From NCBI GenBank assembly GCA_023140385.1, contig JAGLLT010000002.1, forward strand, positions 24,295 to 88,294: 64,000 nt of DNA, written 5' to 3'. Each line of letters starts with the position of its first letter. The stretch's first letter is position 1. Below are positions 17,717 to 25,955 of the stretch, one piece after another. The DNA is from Candidatus Omnitrophota bacterium. GTDB taxonomy: Bacteria; Omnitrophota; Gorgyraeia; JAGLLT01. Both the position numbers and the translations under genes were made by a program. The notes under the pieces are model-generated. The model saw only the letters and a list, made by a program, of their open reading frames with translations, was not told where the DNA came from and did no database searches.

Positions 17717-18664
17717 ATGACTAATAAACTTTATTTATCAGTGGTCATACCGGTATATAATGAGAAAGATAGCATTAGGCTGCTTTATGAGAAGTTGAAG
17801 AGTTCGCTATCAAATTTTAAGGATTACGAAATAATATTTATTGACGATGGCAGCAAAGATAACAGTTTTGAAGTAATAAAGCAAATAGCTATTAATGACA
17901 AAAGAGTAAAAGCTATTCAGCTAAAAAAGAATTTTGGCCAAACCATAGCTATTTCAGCCGGTTTTGATCATGCCGGAGGCAAAGTCATAGTTACTATGGA
18001 CGCGGATTTACAAAATGATCCGGAGGATATTCCAAAACTTATAACTAAATTGGAAGAGGGGTATGATGTTGTAAGTGGTTGGAGGAAAACTAGAAAAGAT
18101 CCGCTTAGTAAAAGAATGCCTTCCAGAGTAGCTAATAAAATTATTTCTTTAGTTACGGGAATTAAACTGCATGATTTTGGTTGTACATTAAAGGCGTATA
18201 GGAGTGAAATAATTAAAAATCTTAAGCTTTATGGAGAGATGCATAGATTCCTGCCGGCTTACGCGCAGTGGGCGGGAGCCAAAATCGCGGAAGTTGAAGT
18301 TAAACATCATCCTCGTTCATATGGACAAACAAAATATGGGCTTGCCAGAACCCCATCAGTAATTATCGATCTAATAACTACAAAGTTTTTAATCGCGTTT
18401 TCTACCAAGCCGAGTCATATTTTTGGTGCATTAGGCTTGATATTGATATTAACGGCAATGCTATTAAGTTTATTTATTACGATAAGGAAATTTTGTTTTG
18501 GCGGTGAATGGGTGAGTCCGCTTATATTTATTATAACCATATGCTTTATAACAGGAATTCAGTTCATCCTCATGGGGCTCTTGGGGGAGATATCCATTAG
18601 AACATATCATGAGTCTCAAAATAAATCTCCCTATTTAATTTCCCAATTTATTAATAAGGATTAA
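17717..18664 (+). CDS. GT2 polyprenyl-phosphate sugar synthase (GtrB/ArnC/CsbB-like) with C-terminal TM helices
   Basis: 'LSVVIPVYNEKDSI', 'IDDGSKDNS' and 'TMDADLQNDPEDI' are GT2 signatures. Two C-terminal TM helices are typical of the family. RBS 'agggagg' lies upstream. Confidence 0.85.
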   Translation: MTNKLYLSVVIPVYNEKDSIRLLYEKLKSSLSNFKDYEIIFIDDGSKDNSFEVIKQIAINDKRVKAIQLKKNFGQTIAISAGFDHAGGKVIVTMDADLQNDPEDIPKLITKLEEGYDVVSGWRKTRKDPLSKRMPSRVANKIISLVTGIKLHDFGCTLKAYRSEIIKNLKLYGEMHRFLPAYAQWAGAKIAEVEVKHHPRSYGQTKYGLARTPSVIIDLITTKFLIAFSTKPSHIFGALGLILILTAMLLSLFITIRKFCFGGEWVSPLIFIITICFITGIQFILMGLLGEISIRTYHESQNKSPYLISQFINKD

Positions 18665-18672
18665 ATAACACC

Positions 18673-20559
18673 ATGTGCGGAATTTCCGGTGTCGTTTATA
18701 GCCAGCCAAAAAGTCATTCAGATAAACAATTGCTAAAAAGCATGAGCGATTCCTTGTTGCATAGGGGGCCGGACGATGAAGGTATTTACGAGGATCAACT
18801 GGCAGGCTTATCTTTTAGAAGACTTAGCATAATTAGTTTAGATAATGGTCATCAGCCTCTTCATAATGAAGACGAAACTATCTGGGCAATATGTAACGGT
18901 GAAATTTATAATTATAGAGACCTGAAAAAAGATTTATCAAAAAGAAACCATAAATTTTATAGTGATTCAGATTGCGAAGTTATACCGCATTTATATGAAG
19001 AGTACGGAGAAAATTTCGTTGAGAAGTTAAACGGAATGTTTGCCCTGGCTATATGGGATAAGAAAGCTGGAAAATTAATTTTGGCCAGAGATAGAATGGG
19101 CCAAAAACCTCTTTATTACTCTTGTTTTAATGGGAAAATAATGTTCGCGTCTGAACTAAAAGCTTTGCTAAGATGCCCTGAAATCGGTAAGGAAATAAAT
19201 TTTGATTCATTGAATAAATATCTCACCTTTGAATATATACCAGCTCCAAATACCATATTTAAACAAATTAAGAAAATTTTGCCGGCTGAATTATTGATAT
19301 ATGAAAACGGCAGAATTAGTTTGAAAAATTACTGGCGGATTAATTACTCTTCAAAGAGTAAAATTTCAGAGCAAGAAGCTATCGTTGAAGTTAGAAGCAA
19401 ATTGATAGAAGCGGTAAGCAGAAGATTGATAAGCGACGCGCCCTTAGGCGCTTTTTTAAGCGGGGGTATAGATTCCGGTCTTATTGTTTCTTTGATGACG
19501 CAACTGAGTAATGAAAAAGTTAAATGTTTTAGTATTGGTTTTGATGAAAGGTCTTTTAATGAACTTGAATATGCCAAAATACTTTCAAAAAAGCTTAATG
19601 TTGAGCACTTGTACTTGAATATTAAAGCCAAAGATATGCTTGAATTGATACCGCAGATAACGTCCTTTCTGGATGAGCCGTTAGCTGACGCGTCAATCAT
19701 CCCCACGTATTTATTATCAAAATTTACCAGAAGACATGTCAAAGTGGCACTTTCAGGAGATGGGGGAGACGAATTATTCGCGGGCTATCCAACGTATAAC
19801 GCTCACAAGATAGCAAGATATTATAAACTTTGTCCTAAAAAAATTAGGAAGAACGTAATAGATAGATTGATAAATAAATTACCTGTTTCAACATCAAATA
19901 TAAGCCTGGATTTTAAACTCAAAAAGTTTATTTCAGTTATGGATTATGATCAGTATAAAAGGCACTATCTATGGTTGGGATCTTTTCAACCGCCGGAAAA
20001 AGATAAGCTGCTAAGCGATGGAGTAAAAAATGAGATAAATAATAAAAACGAATTTGAAGAAATTGATATGTATTTACGAGATTTCAAAAGCCCAAACCCA
20101 TTAGAAAATATTCTCTATCTGGATAGTAAATTGTATTTACAGGATGATATTTTAACAAAGGTTGATAGGGCAAGCATGGCCAACTCTTTAGAGGTTAGGT
20201 CACCATTCTTGGATCATACATTTGTTGAGTATGTAACTTCTTTACCTATGAGTTTGAAGTTAAAGGGCTACACCAATAAATATATATTAAAGAAAATGGC
20301 AGGGGAATATCTGCCAAAATGTATAATCAATAGGCCCAAAAAGGGATTTGGCCTTCCATTAGCTATGTGGTTCAAAAATGATTTAAAAAGTTTTGTATTA
20401 GATGTTTTAAGGCCGTCTAAAATTAATAGCCAAGGTTATTTTAACGCGAATTATGTACAGGAGTTACTAAACCAACACTTTAGCGGCAAAAAAGATAATC
20501 GTAAATTAATTTGGACATTGCTAGTTTTTCAGATGTGGTTTGATAAATACCTAAACTAA
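18673..20559 (+). CDS. Asparagine synthetase B-family glutamine amidotransferase (Ntn Cys2; PP-loop 'SGGIDS')
   Basis: N-terminal 'MCGISGV' is the Ntn nucleophile. 'FLSGGIDSGLIVSLM' is the ATP pyrophosphatase motif. Confidence 0.85.
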   Translation: MCGISGVVYSQPKSHSDKQLLKSMSDSLLHRGPDDEGIYEDQLAGLSFRRLSIISLDNGHQPLHNEDETIWAICNGEIYNYRDLKKDLSKRNHKFYSDSDCEVIPHLYEEYGENFVEKLNGMFALAIWDKKAGKLILARDRMGQKPLYYSCFNGKIMFASELKALLRCPEIGKEINFDSLNKYLTFEYIPAPNTIFKQIKKILPAELLIYENGRISLKNYWRINYSSKSKISEQEAIVEVRSKLIEAVSRRLISDAPLGAFLSGGIDSGLIVSLMTQLSNEKVKCFSIGFDERSFNELEYAKILSKKLNVEHLYLNIKAKDMLELIPQITSFLDEPLADASIIPTYLLSKFTRRHVKVALSGDGGDELFAGYPTYNAHKIARYYKLCPKKIRKNVIDRLINKLPVSTSNISLDFKLKKFISVMDYDQYKRHYLWLGSFQPPEKDKLLSDGVKNEINNKNEFEEIDMYLRDFKSPNPLENILYLDSKLYLQDDILTKVDRASMANSLEVRSPFLDHTFVEYVTSLPMSLKLKGYTNKYILKKMAGEYLPKCIINRPKKGFGLPLAMWFKNDLKSFVLDVLRPSKINSQGYFNANYVQELLNQHFSGKKDNRKLIWTLLVFQMWFDKYLN

Positions 20560-20570
20560 GAAAGGCAGAA

Positions 20571-21995
20571 TTGAAAGTAATTCTTATTAATCCTCCAAGA
20601 CTCCAAGAGAGGCCGTCTTTTTTGTCGGTACAGATGCCTCTTAACATTGCTTATATAGCGGCGTATTTAATACGCGGCGGTTTTGATGTTGAAATATGGG
20701 ATTTTGAAGTAGAGGAGTATAGTGATTCACTGTTAATTAAAAGGGTGGAGAATACCCAGCCATGTATTATTGGATTGAGCGCGTTCACCTCCACAGTATT
20801 ATGCGCCGATCGCTTAGCAGGGGTTGTAAAGAATAATTTTCCACACATTAGAATAGCTGTAGGCGGCGTTCATGTTTCCGCCTTGCCTCATCAAAGCTTA
20901 AAGGAGTTTGAAAGCTTTGATTGTGTAGTTGTCGGTGAAGGAGAGAGGACGTTTTTAGAGTTTTGTCAAAATACAAGAGACGGAAAGCCGGTTGATAATA
21001 TTGACGGTTTGCTTATTCGAGGTAAAGATGATTTTACCCCAAGAAAACCGATTGAGGATTTGGACGAATTGCCTTTTCCCGCAAGGGATTTGTTGAATCG
21101 TAAGCTATATACGGGGACCGTTCATAAGGGGTTTTCAAGGGATTATTTAAATATCTTAGAAGTTTTTACGGCGCGCGGTTGTCCTTATGAGTGCATATTT
21201 TGCGCTTCAAATGTAACCCTGGGACGCAAAGTGAGATTTAGAAGCATAAGCAATATTTGTGACGAAATTTCAGAAGAGATTAGAAAATGTAAGATAAATC
21301 ATGTGACATTTTTAGATGATACATTAACTCTCAAGCCGGAAAGAATAAAGAAGCTATGCGGATACTTAAAAAGTAACAACCTTACCTGGAACGCTACGGG
21401 CACGAGAGTTAATACCGTTACTAAAGAACTGCTTCAGGAGATGTCAGAATGCGGCTGCATAGGTATTGCTTTTGGCGTTGAGTCAGGGAGCCAGCGCATG
21501 CTTGATCTTATGAAGAAGGGGATTACTTTGAAACAAGTTAGGGATGCTTTTAAATGGGCCAAAGAGGCTAAAGTAAGAAGCATCGAGGCGGATTTTATAA
21601 TCGGCGCGCATCCTGATGAAACGGTTGAAGATTTAGAGTTAACGCGGAAACTTATAAAGGAATTGAAGCCTGATATTTTGTCGGTAGCCTACATTACGCC
21701 TTATCCAAAAACAGAGGTTAGCCGACTTATGAAAGAGAGAAACCTTATTGCGAATTCCAATGATTGGGGCAATTTCATGCTTTTTAGCAGCAAAAAGCCA
21801 TCTTGGAGAACTGTTAATTTTTCTTCCGATGATTTATTTAATACGCAAAGGCGCATGCTGAGAAACTACTATTACACTCCCGGTTACATTCTGAGAAAAA
21901 TAAGTAAAATGAAGAACTTAAATGAGTTTTTTTACTGGGCAAAATCAGCCATAGATTTTGCTAAGATAAGTATTTTTAGTTCTAATAGAAATTGA
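20571..21995 (+). CDS. B12-binding-domain radical SAM enzyme (class B)
   Basis: TTG start with RBS 'aaggcag'. N-terminal B12-like domain ('NIAYIAAYLIRGGFDVEIWD'). 'CPYECIFC' is the canonical CxxxCxxC motif. 'GVESGSQRML' follows. Confidence 0.8.
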   Translation: MKVILINPPRLQERPSFLSVQMPLNIAYIAAYLIRGGFDVEIWDFEVEEYSDSLLIKRVENTQPCIIGLSAFTSTVLCADRLAGVVKNNFPHIRIAVGGVHVSALPHQSLKEFESFDCVVVGEGERTFLEFCQNTRDGKPVDNIDGLLIRGKDDFTPRKPIEDLDELPFPARDLLNRKLYTGTVHKGFSRDYLNILEVFTARGCPYECIFCASNVTLGRKVRFRSISNICDEISEEIRKCKINHVTFLDDTLTLKPERIKKLCGYLKSNNLTWNATGTRVNTVTKELLQEMSECGCIGIAFGVESGSQRMLDLMKKGITLKQVRDAFKWAKEAKVRSIEADFIIGAHPDETVEDLELTRKLIKELKPDILSVAYITPYPKTEVSRLMKERNLIANSNDWGNFMLFSSKKPSWRTVNFSSDDLFNTQRRMLRNYYYTPGYILRKISKMKNLNEFFYWAKSAIDFAKISIFSSNRN

Positions 21996-22010
21996 AATCA
22001 ATATTTTAAA

Positions 22011-22742
22011 ATGGAAAAAAACCAGCGGCATTTAGAAGAAAAAGAGCATTTTCGAAGAAAGGCAGAGGCCTGCGGCCATTCTTGGTGGGGGCAGGCTACA
22101 ATAGCCGGCAGGGGACGCCTAAAAAGGAAGCAAAGAATTTTAAGTGATTTTTTAAAGAAAGGAAACTTAAAGACAGTTATACTGGAAATAGGCTGCGGCG
22201 CCGGAGAACTTACCTCGTCAGTTAAGAAGCATATACGGGTTGTGGGAATGGATCTCTCCCTGGATTTGCTTAGATTCGCAAAGGAAGCAAATAAGGGCGT
22301 TGAATATATTCAAGCAGACGCGTTAGCTATTCCATTTGAGGATCAGACATTTGATTTTGTTGTTGGTGATGGCATTCTTCATCATCTTGATCTGATAGCC
22401 GCTCTTAATGAAATCAAGAGAGTTTTAAAAGACAACGGCTCTATTTTATTTTTTGAGCCTAATATGCTTAATCCACAGATTTTTTTGGAAAGAAAGATTA
22501 GCTTTATTAGAAAGATTAACCAAACTCAGAATGAAACTGCTTTTTACAGGTGGAACCTCAAGAATATTTTGAAGCGGGATTGGCAAAATGCTGAAGTCAA
22601 GTCATTTGATTTTCTTCATCCTGCTACGCCTAAGTGTTTAATCTCGATAGTTGAATGTATCGGATTCGGGCTCGAGAAGGTGCCATTAATAAAAGAGTTT
22701 GCAGGTTCCATTTACATAGAAGCCGAGAAACGGAAAATATAG
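22011..22742 (+). CDS. Class I SAM-dependent methyltransferase
   Basis: 'LEIGCGAGEL' is motif I. 'FDFVVGDGILHHL' and 'LKDNGSILFFEPN' follow. Confidence 0.8.
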   Translation: MEKNQRHLEEKEHFRRKAEACGHSWWGQATIAGRGRLKRKQRILSDFLKKGNLKTVILEIGCGAGELTSSVKKHIRVVGMDLSLDLLRFAKEANKGVEYIQADALAIPFEDQTFDFVVGDGILHHLDLIAALNEIKRVLKDNGSILFFEPNMLNPQIFLERKISFIRKINQTQNETAFYRWNLKNILKRDWQNAEVKSFDFLHPATPKCLISIVECIGFGLEKVPLIKEFAGSIYIEAEKRKI

Positions 22743-22753
22743 GTACGATATAT

Positions 22754-25700
22754 ATGTTGAAAAGAAAAAAACTAATATACAATTTTATTTTAATCGTTTT
22801 CGGCTTAACACCTCTTTTGTGGTTTAAACCTCAAATGATGCTAAAGACTTCTGATTTACGCTTGCCTGTGAGTTGGGAGCAATGGAATAATTTGCTCTAT
22901 GTTTGGAATCATACGCTCGCGGCCGGCGCGAGCCGTTTGTTGGATACTTCTTTAATTCTATTTTGGACTCCGTCAGCTATTCTTAGCAAGTTCGGCGTTT
23001 CGTTGATTGCTACTCAAAGGATAATTTTTACCTTTTGGTTTATGCTTACAGCTTTTTGCTCATACTACATGTTTAGAAAGCTGCTTACCGGGAAGTGGCG
23101 TTTATTGGCGGCTCTTACCGCGACTAGTTTTTATCTATATAATCTTTGGCCTGAGTCTTATTGGGTTGGGTTTAAGCCGCCGCTTGTTGCCGGATACGCA
23201 GTGTTACCTGTTATTATTGCGCTTATTATTGCTACTTTCAATAAAGAGATAAATTACAAAAAGTCCGCTATGTATATCGCGCTCGTTTCTTTAGTTGCTT
23301 CAAGTATTGGTAATAATCCATCTGAATTTATCGGGCTAATTGCCCCTGTCGTTATTTTGTTTTTCTATTTTTTTACCAGAAAAAAATGCTGGAAAGAAAA
23401 AAAAGAGTTTCTTTTCTTTGCTAAGTTCAGCGGTTTAACACTTTTATTATTCATAATCTGTAATTCTTATTGGCTCGGATTACAAGCAAGCATGCTTTGG
23501 CAGAATATATCCAGCGGCGTGTATGCTTCAAGCGTGCCCACATCGCTTAATTGGTTAAGAGGTATTTCTACGCAGACAAGTTTTTTAAATGTAATGCGCT
23601 TGCAGGCTGATTGGTCATGGTATGGGGGATGCGTCGATCCCTATAGAAGTTACAGCGCTTTCTATAGATCAAATTTTATTTTCTTAGGCTTAAGCTATAT
23701 CGCGCCGCTCTTAGCTTGTTTGGGGGCCATTATTTCAAAGAACAAGAATAAGTTGTATTTTATTATCCTGGGGCTAATTGGAATTGTTCTGAGCATGGGC
23801 GCGCACTTTCCTTTTGAGGGATCTTACATATGGTTAGTTAGAAATATTCCGCTATTTTGGATTATCAGAAGCCCTTATTTCAAATTTGGACTGTTAATTT
23901 GCCTGGCGTATTCATTTTTAATTGGAGTAGCGTGTCAAAAAATGTGTCAATGGTTAGAGAGGATAAAAATATATAGAGCGCCATATTTTTTCGCGGCTAT
24001 TATTATCATAATAAACATAACTTACGCGTTTCCGGTAAGCCTCGGAAAAATGTTTCATGACGAAGAAATCAGATCGTTTTTAGCTGCTGATCATGTATCG
24101 GTCCCGGATTACGTTTTAGATACGGCAAACTGGTTAAATTCGAAGGAGGGATTCTTCAGAGTATATACGGTTCCCGGTGACAGTCCGTGGATAACGAGCT
24201 GGAATTATGTGGGCTATGGTTCAATAATTCAGAATTACATACGCATGCCGGTTGTTTTTAAATATACCTCTGATTACATACTATATTCTCAAGGCGCGGA
24301 AAATCAAAGCCGGCCGATAGTTGAAGCTCTGGAAAAAAGTATTTTTGGACAGTCTAATTATGATGTTGCAAAAATGTTAGCATTGCTTAACATTAAATAT
24401 GTAGTGCAGGAAAATGACGTACGCTTTGATTTTTATAAAGGTCCGGGTTTTGTTGAAGGGGATAGTCCCGAATTTATGAAAAATAAATTGAATAGCCTCA
24501 AAGACATTGAGTTTGAGAGAAGTTTTGGAAAATGGGATGTTTATAAGGTCAACAAAGAGATTCCATATATCTATTCGGCGTCAAAGATTAATCTGATAGT
24601 TGGAAAATTAAACAACCTTACTCCGAAATTATCTTCAGAGTTTCTTGATAAACCGGCGTTGCTTTTCACAGATAAAATTAACGATGACCATATAGAGTTA
24701 CTAAAAAATAATTTAGTAGAAAATTTAATTATTAACGGAAACGCTGAAAGCGCGGCAAGAGCATTGGAGAACGCGCGGGAAGTACTAAAAAAGAATAGCT
24801 TTCAATATCTGATTCATTCTTCAGACATCGTACCCACGTTGATAGATGAGCCGAATATTGCGTTAAATTTAGAAGGATTTAGCAAGCCTGAAGCTTTGTT
24901 TCAAAATCAAACGTGGCGATGGATAACAGCGTCCAACTTAGAGCCGAATATAATTTTAAATAATTCTACAAGCGAAAATAAATATGTCAACTTAAAATTT
25001 TTAGTTTATTCGTATAAGCGCAAGAGAACATTGCATCTATATTTAAACGAAGAAGCGCTCAAGATAGTTTATGTACCAAGGGATGAAGCCACCGAAGTTA
25101 TGATTGAGGGAATCAAACTAAAACCGGGAAAGAATATCATTGCCCATTATTCTCCCGACCAATGTGACGTAAGGAATGAGCGTAAAGTTCGTTTTGCTTT
25201 ATCGGATATTTCGTTTAAAGGCCGTAAGTTTACGAGCAAAATTATTATACCAAAAGATGGTAACTATTTAATTAGAGCCTCGTGGTTGATGGCTCCGGCC
25301 GCGCGGGTTAGTCGATTAGTCGCAATTGACGGCAAGGAATTAAAAACAAGTTTAAATAATGATGGAAAGGCGCTTGTCGCGCCAAAAAGTCATCTCAGTA
25401 AAGGCACCTATAATATAGAAGTAAAACAAAGCAATCAGCAAGACTATTATATTGAAATTATACCTATTTCTTGTCAAAAAGGCGAGATCCAAATTCAACC
25501 GCTGGAGTTTACCATGATAAATCCGACGAAGTATAAAATTAATAGCAGCATCAAGTATCCACTGATTTTCTTTAATGAATCTTATGGCGCGGCATGGCAG
25601 TTATATAGTAAAGGCGCTGATAAAAATGTGTACAAACATTTTGAAACTAACGGATTTTCTAATGGATGGTATGTTGATAAATCATTTGAGATATCGGACG

Positions 25701-25834
25701 AACATGATATAATAATATCTTATTTTCCGCAGAGACTTTTTATAATTTTAGCTTTGGTTTCATTATTGGCATGCCTTGGGTGTTTTTTTACATTATTTAT
25801 ATTGGGCAGGCGCTCTAAGTTTGCAAAAAGTTAA
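22754..25834 (+). CDS. Giant (~1026 aa) polytopic membrane protein, putative YfhO/GT-C-type glycosyltransferase (paralog family member 2)
   Basis: Motifs 'PLLWFK', 'SLIATQRIIFTFWF', 'NVMRLQADWSWYG', 'RSPYFKF' and C-terminal 'FNESYGAAWQLY...NGFSNGWYVDK' plus a terminal TM. The ORF track extends to 22655, but the ATG at 22754 (MLKRKK) avoids overlap with the upstream MT. Confidence 0.55.
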   Translation: MLKRKKLIYNFILIVFGLTPLLWFKPQMMLKTSDLRLPVSWEQWNNLLYVWNHTLAAGASRLLDTSLILFWTPSAILSKFGVSLIATQRIIFTFWFMLTAFCSYYMFRKLLTGKWRLLAALTATSFYLYNLWPESYWVGFKPPLVAGYAVLPVIIALIIATFNKEINYKKSAMYIALVSLVASSIGNNPSEFIGLIAPVVILFFYFFTRKKCWKEKKEFLFFAKFSGLTLLLFIICNSYWLGLQASMLWQNISSGVYASSVPTSLNWLRGISTQTSFLNVMRLQADWSWYGGCVDPYRSYSAFYRSNFIFLGLSYIAPLLACLGAIISKNKNKLYFIILGLIGIVLSMGAHFPFEGSYIWLVRNIPLFWIIRSPYFKFGLLICLAYSFLIGVACQKMCQWLERIKIYRAPYFFAAIIIIINITYAFPVSLGKMFHDEEIRSFLAADHVSVPDYVLDTANWLNSKEGFFRVYTVPGDSPWITSWNYVGYGSIIQNYIRMPVVFKYTSDYILYSQGAENQSRPIVEALEKSIFGQSNYDVAKMLALLNIKYVVQENDVRFDFYKGPGFVEGDSPEFMKNKLNSLKDIEFERSFGKWDVYKVNKEIPYIYSASKINLIVGKLNNLTPKLSSEFLDKPALLFTDKINDDHIELLKNNLVENLIINGNAESAARALENAREVLKKNSFQYLIHSSDIVPTLIDEPNIALNLEGFSKPEALFQNQTWRWITASNLEPNIILNNSTSENKYVNLKFLVYSYKRKRTLHLYLNEEALKIVYVPRDEATEVMIEGIKLKPGKNIIAHYSPDQCDVRNERKVRFALSDISFKGRKFTSKIIIPKDGNYLIRASWLMAPAARVSRLVAIDGKELKTSLNNDGKALVAPKSHLSKGTYNIEVKQSNQQDYYIEIIPISCQKGEIQIQPLEFTMINPTKYKINSSIKYPLIFFNESYGAAWQLYSKGADKNVYKHFETNGFSNGWYVDKSFEISDEHDIIISYFPQRLFIILALVSLLACLGCFFTLFILGRRSKFAKS

Positions 25835-25839
25835 ACCCG

Positions 25840-25856
25840 AAGGCGGTTGCGGCCTT
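25840..25856 (+). terminator. Weak hairpin (AAGGC-GGTTGCG-GCCTT) just after the stop of the giant gene; no T-tract
   Basis: A perfect 5-bp stem with a 7-nt loop lies 6 nt after the stop codon. No U-run follows, so at most it is a partial terminator or attenuator. Confidence 0.25.
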
Positions 25857-25913
25857 GAAATGGATAGTCTTACTTATAGCATCATTTATGGGAAATTTAG
25901 GTTTTTTTGCCCA

Positions 25914-25941
25914 TTGAAATATATTGTTGCAAAACTATAAA
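25914..25941 (+). promoter_or_regulatory. Sigma70-like promoter (-35 TTGAAA, 16-nt spacer, -10 TATAAA) upstream of the carbamoyltransferase
   Basis: The elements lie in the only >100-bp intergenic gap of the 52-kb array. RBS 'aaagggga' precedes the ATG at 25956. Confidence 0.4.
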
Positions 25942-25955
25942 TAAAGGGGATATTA

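Noticed and set aside
22655-22753. Upstream extension of giant paralog 2 (ORF-track start 22655)
   Set aside because: The extension overlaps the last 88 nt of the methyltransferase gene in another frame. The paralog alignment starts at MLKRKK (ATG 22754), matching the N-termini of the other three paralogs.
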